From Podarcis bocagei (Eukaryota): a stretch of 64,000 bases of DNA. Shown here piece after piece: positions 12,497-25,130 of the stretch. The stretch lies in the NCBI GenBank assembly GCA_964188305.1, contig OZ076887.1; one strand, written 5' to 3'. The first letter of the stretch is position 1; each line of letters opens with the position of its first letter. The notes beneath the pieces are model-generated. The model did no database searches and was not told the origin of the DNA. It was given only the letters and a program-made list of their open reading frames with translations. A program made the translations under genes and the position numbers.

Positions 12497-14515
12497 CTTT
12501 AGAACGACAAGAGCAAATGTCATACAAGCAAATTTTTTATTTGATAAATACCTGAGTATGGCTATCTGCTTGTGGAGGGGAGGATATCTGGAACAGCATT
12601 TGTCTAAATCTAGACCGATATCAATTAGATTTCGACAAATCATGTGCAGAAATGGAAATGCAATCTAATTTGCTGCCCTCAAGAAACCCTTTCCATTCAT
12701 TTGACTACCAAGGCAGCACTAGAGAGTTGACAATGGAATCTCTGCAGGAAACTCTGAGACATATCTGGGGAGCCACTCTTTATGTCGGGGATTATACAGG
12801 ATGATGGGGCAAAAGGGGTTGTGCAGTGAACGTACATACAGTTTAAAAGCCCACACAAACATCTGAACAGAAGTATCCTTCGTGAAAATTATCTGTCAGT
12901 TTTGGACAAGCCAAAAAGCAACACCACCCAATAATGTATATAAGTCAAAATCTTCATCCTTTAGAAGCAACATGAATGCAAGAAAGGGGGACCCATCACC
13001 ATCCCCCAGATGTTGATGGCCTCCAAATTCCATCAGCCCCAGCCAACATGGTCAATTTTAGGGATGACAGATGCTGCAGCTCAACATCTGGAAGGCATCA
13101 AATTCCCTACCCCTATACTAATGAATTGCCAAGCTACTCTGATAGGTTGCTAATATTAAAGTCTATTCATCGCTCCAGTCAAATCTAATATCTTGAAGTA
13201 AGAGCTATAATTATATCACATTTTCCCTGACATGATGTATGTACGTATTGCTATGCATATTTTTTTTAAGAAGCACATTTCAAAGTTAGATTTAAATCCC
13301 AGATGCCATTTTCTTTTTGCAATTTCTTCAGAAGTGTACTGATTTGCTCTCAAAATCTCTCAGGAATCATAGAAATTAGCAGCCATAAGCAATAAAGTCT
13401 ACATGCTATAACAAAAGAAGACTGACAATAATTTGAAATGTTTAAAAGATGTCAAATTTTTGAAGGTAAATTATACAACATGAAGGCTCACTCAAGTACT
13501 ACACTATGAAACAGAAAAGTGCACTTTCAAGTAAACTGCACATATTCAAACACACAGAGCTTCATTGTAATTCACGAATCTTAATAACTAGGTTGCCTCG
13601 AATGCAGATTATTTTCTGCAGAAACCGAACTTTGCATTTCACTTTAAATGCAAACAGGAAAACATCTATCAAAGTTCTATATGCACCCTGAGTGACGTTA
13701 TTAAAAATGAACTTTCAGCTCAGTGAACCATTTAATAAACATAACAGTGAAGCGCCGAGCCATTTGTCTTCCCAATGTTTAGTTAGCAATTTTATGTCAA
13801 GAGTTTCTGTGTATTAAGAAAGTCAAGGTTCCCATCTATACATCTCATGTCTTCTGTAATTCTGCCATAGTTCATAACAGCTCTGTTTGAATGCACGGAA
13901 TTCTGAGTGTTAAAAAAAAAAGTATAACAGAACAAACTCTAGGAATTTGCTCCCCCTGCTCCTTATCTTCAGTGAGCAATAGGATAAGCAGGACCTTTGC
14001 CATTGTTTCCAGCCCCACTGGCAATCCTATATCTTGGAGTTCACTAGGGAGAGGGACCAGAGTAGGTCATCTTTGTCTTCCCTGACCAATCTGGCTGAGA
14101 ACGTTTGATTAATGTGACATATTCCCTCCCTCCCGACAACAGCATCCCTGAGTGCGGTTAGAGAATCTATGCCTTCCCTTCTTGACAATAGCACCCCAGT
14201 TGCATAACACCCTTCTTCCTGGCACCCACTCTTGTTATATTTTTACATTAGTTGAATATTTTCCCCATCCTGCCTTATGCAAGGAAATTCCCCTGCCTTC
14301 TAAGGATTTTATGTACATAGCTGCCTAATCACAGGGGACAGCTGAATAGGTTGTGTTGGTTTGCATTGGGTAATTTTAGCGGTATATTTTCAGTCTTTGT
14401 GTTTTTCCAGAATAAGGCCAGCATATAAATCTTATAAATAATGTAATTTAATGTCATTAATAATGTCATTAAACAACAACAACAAACCACCAAAGCAATT
14501 TACAACAGTTATATA

Positions 14516-14870
14516 GGTAAAGGTACAGGGACCCCTGACCATTAAGTCCAGTCGTGACCAACTCTGGGGTTGCGGCGCTCATCTTGCTTTATTGGCTGAG
14601 GGAGCTGGCGTACAGCTTCCGGGTCATGTGGCCAGTATGACTAAGCCGCTTTTGGTGAAACTAGAGCAGTGCACGGAAACGCCGTTTACCTTCCCGCTGG
14701 AGCGCTACCTATTTATCTACTTGCACTTTGACGTGCTTTCGAACTGCTAGGTTGGCAGGAGCAGGAACTGAGGAACGGGAGCTCACCCCGTTGTGGGGAT
14801 TCGAACCACCGGCCTTCTGATTGGCAAGTCCTAGGCTCTGTGGTTTAACCCACAGCGCCACCCGCGTCCC
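14516..14870 (-). mobile_element. Full-length Sauria SINE
   Basis: Reverse strand starts GGGACGCGGGTGGCGCTGTGGGTTAAACC, contains B-box GGTTCGAATCC and ends in an ACCTTT tail; 16-bp TSD TTACAACAGTTATATA (14500-14515, 14871-14886). Confidence 0.93.
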
Positions 14871-15774
14871 TTACAACAGTTATATACTTTGGGTCATATT
14901 CAACTAATCTCATAAGATCTCCTTGCAGGGATTCCCACTAGTGCAAGAGGGTTTTGTTTCCCCCTCAGCCACCTGTGCACACCCTAAGTCATCTCTGAAT
15001 CTGGCCTGGACAGTTGAGAGGATCCCGCGAACAGATTTAGTGTGCACGTGGGGATATGAGAGGGGAGAAGTTTCCTTTGTGCAAGGAAAATCCCTGAGAT
15101 GATGGAACCTTAGAGTTATGCTGAATATAAGCCATCATCATCATTATTATTATTAATCACCAGTTAATTATTACAGAAATATTTCTACTTAATTTCCTGC
15201 ACAGCCCTGGCACCATAAATAAATTTTTGGCAAACATTTAAAAATTACAACAGAAGATACCTGTTTTCCCCTCCCCCCGATATGGCCTCTACTGTCTACA
15301 CTAGGAGTAACAGGAACTGGTCATTGGTTTGGCCGCAATTTATCAGAAGGTAATGTGGTACCCCAAAGTTCCTTTTCTTTAAAGGAGTAAAGTTGGTAAC
15401 CTGAGTTTGATTCTTATCTAGAAGTGAGCACCAGTCCCGAAGTATGAAGGACTAGAGAGAATTATTTCTATGAAACCCTAGCTATGGAAATCCTTAGAAT
15501 TTAGGTGTCTTGAAACAAAACCGGGCCACTCACCATCAGTGGGATTTCTGGATCTCATAGAAACTACCGCTGTTGTCAATAAAGCATGATAGCAGCATGA
15601 TTTGCATGTTCAAGGAAAGGAAAACTCAGCATATATTTAAACACTTAAACTAGGATTGTACATCTGCTGACATAGATTCTGAATAAAGCAAAATGCTGGT
15701 ATGAAACTGAACTAGCTAGAATTCCACCCACTGTAACTGTATTCAAAAACATACTGAAAAGCAGCAAGATTCAC

Positions 15775-15877
15775 CTCATAGCAAGTATCCGGTTGTATGC
15801 ATGTGTAGACATTCTGCTGCATTTCCAGGATATCTTGCAACAATCCCATCCAGTGTGTCTCATTAACAGGGGGCTGC
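15775..15877 (-). CDS. NBAS: NBAS coding exon (~29, 103 bp)
   Basis: cag|QPPVNETHWMGLLQDILEMQQNVYTCIQPDTCYE|gtgaat. Confidence 0.96.
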
Positions 15878-17230
15878 CTGTAATACACAAAGAAGCGAAC
15901 ATTTACAAGCAGGTTCCAAGAAGTGTGATTACCAGAATTAAATGTTTCCATCTTAAAACTCTTAAAATATCACCCCAAAGGTTAAGAGCACATTCATGTG
16001 TAGAAAAACAACACTGGTGCTTATAACATGTAGACACACAGTAGCTCAGCAGTCCTTATAACATTCAGAGAAGAATGATTATCCCCATTTGAAAGATGGA
16101 GGACTGAGCTTGAGAGAGTAGGTTGCTTAGTGAGTCCGTGACCAAAGGGAGATTTCATCCAGGAACTTAGTGGCTCACAGTTACGTCTCTTATCCAACAG
16201 TTTTGCACAACTTCCCCCAGCCCCAAAGCTTTCACACCAAACCCTCCAGTCACACATACTGGGTGGGATTCAGCTAACTTGTTGCATGCATGGAACAAGG
16301 TCCACTAACACAACAGGACTCCCCCCCCCCTCAAAAAAACACACAAAAAAACACAACTGTAGTGGAAACCCCAGAACCAGGGGCACTGACTTGCTCCCAC
16401 ATTGAGGGGGCATGGTCATGTGACATGTCACATGACGTCACTGCTGTGCACCAGACTGGGACAAACAATCACAGAGATTGCCCTCTGCGATTGTCTCAGA
16501 CGCCGCCTGGCTCTTGGGTTGCCGGTTGGAGGTTAGGGCTGGGGTGCCCGGCGGCAGCAGGGGGTGGTGGTCCCCTCAACATTGGGGGGCTGCCCCCTGC
16601 TAAAAAATACTGGGGGATCTGAAGCCCCCTCCGGCCCATATAACTTGCCCAGAACAGGTTGGGTGGCATGCGGGAGGAAAGAAAGGTCATGTTTTACAAG
16701 CAGACATTTTCCCGTGCACATATTCCACTTAGCGCTACCTAGAATTCTACCCTTTGGGAGATCATCTAACCCAAGGCCTACATTCTGAAAGGATTAAATT
16801 GCTTTGCCATGCCTCCATCAAGAGAGTGGTACCATTCTGCTCTGCACAGCATGGGCAATGGATCCTTGACAATGGGGCAATATTTGTGTTTTGATGAACC
16901 ATGGAGCCAAAGCAGAAGACATGCTCTGGAATCTGCCACTTTTGCTTGTGTCATGAGCAATTATTTTATGTTTGACGAAGGGCATCAAAGGTAATTTTAC
17001 CACCACTAAACCATCTTCCTTGTGAAGCAAACAACTGAGTTGCCTCCTGAGGAGCTAAAGACATGTTTACAAAGAAATCTGTCCTTTGAATTGTCTGTCT
17101 TTCCTGCTTGAGACCACAGCTTCAGCTGTTCATGTTCTGACCTGGAAAAGCCACGCAGAACATTTCATCTGTGAAGGTACCAAACAACCATTAAAGCTCA
17201 TAATTTCGTGTTCCACCATCCGTTACTCAC

Positions 17231-17353
17231 TTGCGGCCTGTGTGCCTGGTCAATCGAATCATCAGCTTCCGTGCTTCTTCCGGGCTGTCCTGTGTGTCTT
17301 TTACAAAGGATACAGGCTTTTGGAGTCCATGCTTCTCCAAGATTTCTGATACG
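17231..17353 (-). CDS. NBAS: NBAS coding exon (~28, 123 bp)
   Basis: cag|VSEILEKHGLQKPVSFVKDTQDSPEEARKLMIRLTRHTGR(K)|gtgagt. Confidence 0.96.
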
Positions 17354-18021
17354 CTGAAATAACAGTAGTTATAAAAGCATCATCAGCCATTCAGCCAAAT
17401 CTTAAATCCTGCCTGTGGCCATTATTGCAAATTATTGTTTATGTGTAAAATTTGAATAAATATATATTTAAGACTGAAACCGAAACCAAGAGGGATGGTG
17501 ATGTTTATCTACTGAACAATGATGACTTGAAGTTATACAAAAAATACATACCCAACCACACATACCATTTGAGAAGTCATTTTGTTTGCAATATTTAGCA
17601 CCATATCATTATATTCCATAAAACAATATAAAACTTGATCCACGCCCCGCCCCCTGAAACCTTATAAGGAGATGCTCCGGGAGGTAGGGGAGTACAATGA
17701 AACAGCCTATATAGCTGAGCATTTAAAAAAAAATAGATGAAGGGCCTTTTCTTTTTCATTCTTCGTGTTAACTATATTGTCACAATGCTACATTACCCTT
17801 CACAATGTTACAGGTTGGGAGGGGGGAACCCCTTTGGATATAAACATGTGTTTATGGAAAAGGTCAAGGTCCAAAAAGTAATTTCCACTAAGCCTGCAGT
17901 AATATTTGACCTACAAGCTCTCTTTTGTAATAATCCTGGCATTTTGAACTGTAAAACCTAGCGCTAGGTTAATAAAGAAAACGTACTGGAAGAGATGAAT
18001 GAAGAAAGGTGCATTTCTTAC

Positions 18022-18084
18022 CTAAGAATTTGTTCCAATTCATCAACTTTGTCGTGAAGGTTATTTGTAATGTCTGTTTCAGGA
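18022..18084 (-). CDS. NBAS: NBAS coding exon (~27, 63 bp)
   Basis: cag|PETDITNNLHDKVDELEQIL(S)|gtaaga; phase consistent. Confidence 0.94.
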
Positions 18085-18181
18085 CTGAAAGGATGTATCA
18101 AAACAAAAAAATAAATTTGTATATTCTGCATACTATGAAAAAAAATGTAATACAAACCAACACTGAGTAATATCCCAAATA

Positions 18182-18349
18182 CCGTGGTTTTTTGTGTATA
18201 ACACGCCTCTGTATATAAGACGCCCCCTTTTGGGGGGGAATAAAAATTGAGAAAATGGGGGGGGGAGATTGCCCTTGTGTAAGATGACTCCAATTATTTT
18301 ATATTATTTTATCGTAAAATAACCTAGTCTTATACTCAGAAAAGTATGG
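18182..18349. mobile_element. Tc1/mariner (pogo/Tc2-like) MITE
   Basis: Degenerate TIRs related to 438-594; TA flanks. Confidence 0.65.
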
Positions 18350-19023
18350 TAAGTCATATTCAGAGTAGATCCACTGAAATCAATGAACATTCACTGATTT
18401 CAATTAGTCTTTTCTGAGTATGACTTATGTGGAGATCACCCATTACACCCTTTCCAATCTACCCTCTGTGAAGGTGGGAGTGATCCTCAGATTGCATGCT
18501 TCCTCCTCACCCAATTCCATTAGTCCCGTTCCATGACCAGTGGATGGGGCTACAGAGACAGGCTGTGTAGCCAAGATTTCTTCTTCCCACAAGGGAAGAG
18601 TAGCCCAGTTATGAGGGGCAATACAACTTGCTTAAACTTTGAGGGCACCCAGAGGGAACTTGACACACGAGCAGTTCAGCAGGATGGAGGAACCAAGGTA
18701 CCAAACTATTTAAAAAAAGGATATGGCATTGCATTCCCTGTTTTCTCAACCTGATTGAAATTTAAGTTCTTATCCAGGCTTTCTACATGTGGGGAGCATT
18801 GCAGCACATAGTAATCTCAGCTGCAGACTGAAGCATGAGGGTCTGTGGGGGGGTCAGCAATTACCACTAGATCGTACGGATTGTGTAAATTAGTGCACAT
18901 CATTCTTTGAATACTGACTGGCATTTTAATTGTTTAAAAGCAGCATTTGTAAAGGATTTCTATTAGCTCAACATTTTTTATTTTTTATTTGAAAAAAAAC
19001 CAATGGGACATGTCAATACTCAC

Positions 19024-19157
19024 CCATAACCTCTCTGGGGGAGACATTCTAAGATATCATAGCAATGAGAAAGCTGGTCATCACGTTGACAGCTGTAGAT
19101 GCAGTCTAACGCAATCGTCATCAACAAGTCTTGATCCGAAATTATTTTTTGCTGACA
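19024..19157 (-). CDS. NBAS: NBAS coding exon (~26, 134 bp)
   Basis: cag|CQQKIISDQDLLMTIALDCIYSCQRDDQLSHCYDILECLPQRGY(G)|gtgagt. Confidence 0.96.
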
Positions 19158-20980
19158 CTGGGAGAACAAGAAAACACTATATTCATTGCTCTACAGTAGA
19201 GTACGGTCTGTGAGTATGTATGCGTCCCCCAGCCCAAAATTTGGAGTTGTTTTCTTCCATATCTCTGTGTGACAGAAAACCGGCTCTTGAACAGCACAAT
19301 TACAACCATAAAGGCAATTTAGTGATTTCTGTTAATTGCAGAGGCCTTCCTGGTTCTTTAATAATTCTCCGTTGAATATCTTTCATAATTACAGAACTGG
19401 CAATGGAAGCTCATTTGAAACCAGTGATCACAGCAGCCGGTTGGAACAGCAAGGTATTTCTAGTTTCGTTTAAAAACACGCACCCACACACAAATCACAA
19501 TATTTTTCATCAGACAATTTATTAAAATAAAAATGCATTTCTAAAGCCGCTCTCTCTCTCCCCCCCCCCAGCTGCATTATGCTATTTCCTTCATTTGCAC
19601 ATAAATAACTTCAATATGCACCAGAACGCTAGCTTCCCATGACTCGTTGTTTACAGCCAATCTACTTCTGTACACAGCCGGAAAAGTAAAGAATTAATGA
19701 ACATCCTATCAAGATGCTATTAGGATGCTGGAATGTGAATTTAGTCTGGATCCGTAGCTATAATACAATGCCCCCGAGAAGATGAAAGTTGCTACAAATT
19801 TATGTAAAGACCAAGTTAATCTCCCTCAAAAAAGCTCCTTCTCCTCTGCCTTTCAACAATGACATCAAGAGCAAATGGCTGGTGTAAAATAAATGAGACA
19901 ATCCAATTCTATACATGTTGACTCAGATGTAAGCCCCAGCGAGCTCAACAGGGCTTACTCTCGGGTAAATGGAACGTGACTGCAGCCTGACTTTCTCAAC
20001 AGATTCCATTGTGCTCTTTAGGAATCAACCGCAAGTTCCCAGTTAACACCAACTGCTGGACCAAGATATGGACATAGGCAAAAAACAACATTCTTGGTTG
20101 GATCCCAGAACTGTGGAATCCTGTGCCCCTGGAGATCTACCAGACCCTAATGCCTTAGAGCGACCTTGGAAGCATTTTGGCTGGTTTTTGATTACTTGGA
20201 CTGAAGTTAGTTGTCAAGACGTATTTGACATCACGAAGTTAGTTGTCAGGAAGGTGGTAGAATGAATCGCACTACTTTATCCTGCAGATCAATTTTTTGA
20301 ATGTTTCACAGCGTAGCAATAAAATCAACGGAACATTCCTGCAGGTAGGAAACTAGCACAGCAGGGGACAGGCTGGTGCTGAATCTCTCTCCTTTTACAT
20401 GCCAGGGGTTTGTTTTAGGCAAGGGATTCAAAAATAGCAACCTCACACAGTTCTGTTCTGAAATAGCCCACTCTGCCACCTGTGAATCCTACTGCCTCAT
20501 TCTTCACCTAGATGTGTACTCAATTTCCCAAATATGTGAAAGAGAAACCAGGCACCTTCAGCACTTCGTTCTCATTTGTGCCTCACTTGGTTCTTCCCCC
20601 AAGTGCTACCCCCCCCCCTATTACGGGACAGGTGTGAAGTTCGGGGGGGTTGGGGGGGAGGAAATTTACGAATGATTTAAAAAGGGACCTCAGGACACTT
20701 AGGTTGTATCCACACAAACAATGTCTACTGCATCTCATTTCAGTGGTTATTCTTGTTCCCCTGCTGCTCGACACAAGAGAGGGGAACAGGGATGCACTGA
20801 GTAGCCCCAGCCAGCAGAATCCACAGCACTATCTGCAGTGATGGGAGCCAATCACACAGGGTTCCAGGGTGGAACAGAAGCCTCTGCATTTATGGCTGTA
20901 TGTATGGGCACTGGGGAGCAGGTCCCACGTGGCAGGTCCCCACGCCTTGCTCCTGCGTTGCACAACATGGGAGCAATAAA

Positions 20981-21529
20981 AAGGTAAAGGTAAATGGCGT
21001 TTCTGTGTGCTGCTCTGGTTTCGCCAGAAGCAGCTTAGTCATGCTGGTCACATGATCCGAAAAAAAACTGTCTGCAGACAAATGTCGGCTCCCTCGGCCA
21101 GTAAAGCAAGATGAGCGTCGCAACCCGAGTCGTTCGCGATTGGACTGAACTGTCAGGGGTCATTTTTATTTTTTTTTTAAGATAAAGGACCCCTGGGCGG
21201 TTAAGTCCAGTCAAAGGCAACTATGAGGTTGTGGCGCTCATGTCGCTTTCACAGACAGCTTTCCGGGTCATGTAGCCAGCATGACTAAACCGCTACTGGT
21301 GCACGGAGGACCGTGACAAGTGCCAGAGTGCACAGAAACACCGTTCACTTTCCCGCTGCAGTGGTACCTATTTATCTACTTGCACTGGCGTGCTTTTGAA
21401 CTGCTAGGTTGGCAGGAGCTAGGGCAGAGCAACGGGAGCTCGCTCTGTCACAAGGATTTGAACCGCCAACCTCCCAATCAGCAAGCTCAAGAGGCTCAGT
21501 GGTTTAGACCACAGCTCCACCCGCGTCCC
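20981..21529. mobile_element. Composite of two Sauria SINEs: + strand 3' part (~20987-21165) and near-full-length - strand copy (~21181-21529)
   Basis: Both carry SINE body motifs in opposite orientation; GGAGCAATAA flanks the composite on both sides. Confidence 0.8.
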
Positions 21530-21560
21530 TACAGGAGCAATAATGCCTTAAAGAGAGCTT

Positions 21561-21657
21561 AAAATAAAAAAAAATTCTTCCAGTAGCACCTTAAAGACCA
21601 ACTAAGTTAGTTCTTGGTATGAGCTTTCGTGTGCATGCACACTTCTTCAGATACCAA
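21561..21657 (-). mobile_element. Penelope-like element terminal-repeat fragment
   Basis: Reverse strand GGTATCTGAAGAAGTGTGCATGCACACGAAAGCTCATACCAAGAACTAACTTAGTTGGTCTTTAAGGTGCTACTGG; flanked by AAAGAGAGCTT. Confidence 0.75.
21616..21655 (-). ncRNA. Minimal type I hammerhead ribozyme motif (Penelope-type)
   Basis: Stem I GGUAU/AUACC, core CUGAAGA, stem II GUGUGC/GCACAC, GAA, palindromic AGCU, C at the cleavage position. Confidence 0.7.
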
Positions 21658-21724
21658 AAAGAGAGCTTGTGACTCTCTCTTAAAGAGAGCTTGTGACTCT
21701 CTCTTAAAGAGAGCTTGTGACTCT
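21658..21724. repeat. 24-bp tandem repeat, about 2.8 copies
   Basis: AAAGAGAGCTTGTGACTCTCTCTT repeated. Confidence 0.9.
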
Positions 21725-22447
21725 TCCAGTGTCAGGTTTTGCATGTGTCCTGAGCAAAGGCGCTTCCTTCTACAGAACGATAGGGCCAGATTAAACTAAT
21801 GAAACCTGCTAGCGGAAGCCTGTGTGACACGCCTCTCTCCCCAGTGCCACTCTACTGTAGAGGCAGGATCATTTCATCTAGCAAGCTGAAATGCTTGCAC
21901 TGGGGGAACAATTGCCATAATGATACATTGAATTCCTCACACAGGCCCCCAATAAAATTCACGGATCTCCCCCACCACAATGCAAGAGAGGAAAAAGCTC
22001 ATAGAGATGCTTAGCAGGGACTTATTAAGGGATGCAGTGCAGGCTAAAACACAGAGATGCTGCATGGCTGGGCAAAGGTATGGAAGATATATTTAGATTT
22101 CACAACAGAGAAGAACAGTGGCTTTCAGTGGAGAGTCTCCCCCTGCTAAAATACCCACTCTGCTGGATAAATGCAGAAATGATTAATGATTAAAGCTATA
22201 TTCTGACATCCCAATACAGATTAGCCGTGTATTAGAAATTCCACTTTAACCTTGTCTGGAGAACAAATGTTTGTATCGACAAGACAAATGTTCAGTTCTG
22301 CCACGCTGTACAGTGACAGCCATCTCCCAAACTGATCAGCGAAACAAGGTGCACTATTAAGTATACTTGCAAATGCAATTCAGGCGGGGTGGAGGAGAGA
22401 TAAACTTTCAGGTACATGCGAATACACAACTAATCATCTGAATTTAC

Positions 22448-22621
22448 CGCTGGCTTTGAATGTTCAAAGATTTTCAGAGGAAACGTCAAGTCTTCTTTCG
22501 CCAGTGTTACCAAATACTCTTTCAAAAGCTCATTAGCGATGCCTGGAGATTCATTTTCACAGCGGTGTAGGAATGGGACCATCCATTGATAGGCATTCTT
22601 CACATACCTTTCTCCCGATGA
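22448..22621 (-). CDS. NBAS: NBAS coding exon (~25, 174 bp)
   Basis: cag|SSGERYVKNAYQWMVPFLHRCENESPGIANELLKEYLVTLAKEDLTFPLKIFEHSKPA|gtaaat. Confidence 0.97.
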
Positions 22622-23423
22622 CTGAAATGGCAAAGGTTTTAAATTAAAGAAAAATATGAACGCACATTAAGAGAAGAGCGAAATGCAAACTAAAACTACA
22701 AAGCAGTTAAAGGAATAGCAGTATATTTTCCCCAATGCTTTTCAAAAGGTTGGTATCATAAATAGCGAGCATAAAGTTATGAACTGTGCTAATGCAAATT
22801 TCTCTATGAAAAACAAACTACGGTAACAAACAGGCTCATCAGTGTGAACCAGTTTCGTTCTATTTTATCCAGAAAGGGCTGTCAGGCCACAATCCCACAC
22901 AAGAATTAAGGCACACGTAAGCTCACCGAAATAAATTAGGATAAAGGCACTTAACGCATTGTAACATTGTGGCACCCGGAACCAGCATCTGGGGGCTTTT
23001 TTGGGAGTGCAGACAGGTGCAAATCCATGCAAGACCGAGCTATTTATTGAAGACACATTGTAAACAAATTAAAACATTAGGGGGACTGATATAAACACAT
23101 GCAGCAAGCGATAAGGGAAAATTTGTAAATATATTTGAATCAGATATGCAGTAATAAAAAGATATGAAATAAGTAACTGCAGAAAGGAGGGGAGGGAAGG
23201 GGAAAGTAAATTAGATTTGTTTTTCTTGTCAAAATATTTGTAAAATCTGAAAATGAAAAGTGAAATTATTATTTTTAAAAAAGCAAAAGAGAAGAAGAGA
23301 AAAGGCTGAGCTGAAGGACATTGGGCAAACAGCTTCATCCTGCTCAGGATGAGATTTTATGCAGCAGAAAAGCCCCCTTCCCAATCCATTCCATCCCACT
23401 GTGACATAAAAAAGAGCACATAC

Positions 23424-23609
23424 ATTTAACATCAGGAGTCTTAGTTTCTCAATATCCTTCATCTGCTGCAGCTCTTTCAAGTTCAGAGTGATGTCACATC
23501 CAGTCTCATAAACCAACGTCTCCAGTGTAACCAGATTGTCACAAAGTGAGTGCAGACCAGGAATATTCCTCTCCATGCCCAGTCGAACCAAGGACAAAGC
23601 ACAATCCAC
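23424..23609 (-). CDS. NBAS: NBAS coding exon (~24, 186 bp)
   Basis: tag|VDCALSLVRLGMERNIPGLHSLCDNLVTLETLVYETGCDITLNLKELQQMKDIEKLRLLMLN|gtatgt. Confidence 0.97.
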
Positions 23610-24433
23610 CTATTATTATTTTTTAAGAGAAAAAAGAAAAATGCACAGCTTGTTACCATTTGCAATTGGTTTTATTCTGGTTAAACTTGGAAGGAGAAGA
23701 GATATGGTTTGACCACCAGCTCAGCAACTTATAACTGGTCCAAATACATTTTATACAGAATGACTAATACAGAATCTTATAACTGCAGCATAACTTCTAT
23801 AAAATGAACACATGGTATTTAATTTGACAGATATATATACGGTATATATATTTATATATATTTAGCATGCAATTTGCATTAAGTAATGCCCCTGTCTCCA
23901 GAACCCTATCAGCCATATATGACAAATGAACGGGCAGAATTATTTTTAGACCCCAGTTATCCTTTCTACATCAACTAGCATAGCAGGAACTTAATTTTAG
24001 CTCATTGGAAACATTTCTAATTTTTTTTTGTGTGTCTCTCCTCGCAGTGAACAGCAGGAAGCAAATATATATATAATGTGTGATGGAACCACATCTAGAG
24101 TACGGTGTAGATTTCCGGTTACCCCATATATCAGAGAGGGTGTTCCAGACCTATCCAGAATATGCTGGATCCAGAATGAAGTGTAACCCCACCAAATAGT
24201 CCACCAAGGAACAGGACCATTGCTGAAAGAGGTGAGCACCCCCAAATTAAGTGGAGCCAACTTCAATGAATACAGATCCTGCTCACACAGATTGCTTTCT
24301 GGGGGAGATGGGGGGATACACCCTTCCTCCTCAACCTCCCTTGGCATTCATCCCCAAATCTCAGCAGAGCATTTTGGAAGGCAGCAAGAAAGCCACCTTC
24401 TCCAACACTGTGACAAGTCTTCAATTCTGGATC

Positions 24434-24856
24434 TAACACTGGTCTTGAAAGACCTACATTGGCTCCCAGTATGTTTCTGAGCACAATTCAAAGTGTTGGT
24501 GTTGACCTTTAAAGCCCTAAACGGCCTCAGTCCAGTATACCTGAAGGAGTGTCTCCACCTCCATCGCTCTGCCCGGACACTGAGGTCCAGTGCCGAGGGC
24601 CTTCTGGCAGTTCCCTCACTGTGAGAAGCTACAGGGAACCAGGCAGAGGGCCTTCTCGACAGTGTTGCCCGCCCTGTGGAATGCCCTCCCATCACATGTC
24701 AAGGAAATAAACAACAATCTGACTTTTAGAAGACATCTGAAGGCAGCCCTGTTTAGGGAAGTTTTTAATGTGTGACATTTTAATGTATTTTTAATCTTTG
24801 TTGGAAGCCGCCCAGAGTGGCTGGGGAAACTCAGCCAGATGGGCTGAGTAATAACA

Positions 24857-24903
<47 letters not shown>
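24434..24903 (+). mobile_element. L2-clade LINE 3' end with (TTA)n tail
   Basis: LKDLHWLPV..QFKVLVLTFKALNGL.PVYLKE..RAFS..P.LWNALP; 3'UTR GGAAGCCGCCCAGAGTGGCTGGGGAAAC. Confidence 0.85.
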
Positions 24904-24926
24904 CTCACTTGTCCTATGTGTAAAAA

Positions 24927-25130
24927 AAGGTAAAAGGTATAGGACCCCTGGACGGTTAAGTCCAGCCAAAGGCGACAATGGGGTGCAGCACTCATCTCGC
25001 TTTGCAGGCCAAGGGAGCCGGTGTTTGTCTGCAGACAGCTTTCAGGGTCGTGTGGCTAGCACGACTAAGCCGTTTTTCGAGCAACAGGGCATCGTGACGG
25101 AAGCCAGAGCGCATGGAAACGCCATTTACC
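24927..25130 (-). mobile_element. Sauria SINE 3' half
   Basis: AAGGTAAAAGGTA..GGACCCCTGGACGGTTAAGTCCAG..GGAAACGCCATTTACC. Confidence 0.8.

Noticed and set aside
16378-16655. GC-rich MITE-like island with overlapping short ORFs
   Set aside because: Probably a decayed DNA transposon, but TIRs and TSD could not be established; the ORFs are not credible.
21658-21724. CRISPR-like repeat
   Set aside because: Eukaryotic intron; the repeats are contiguous with no spacers.
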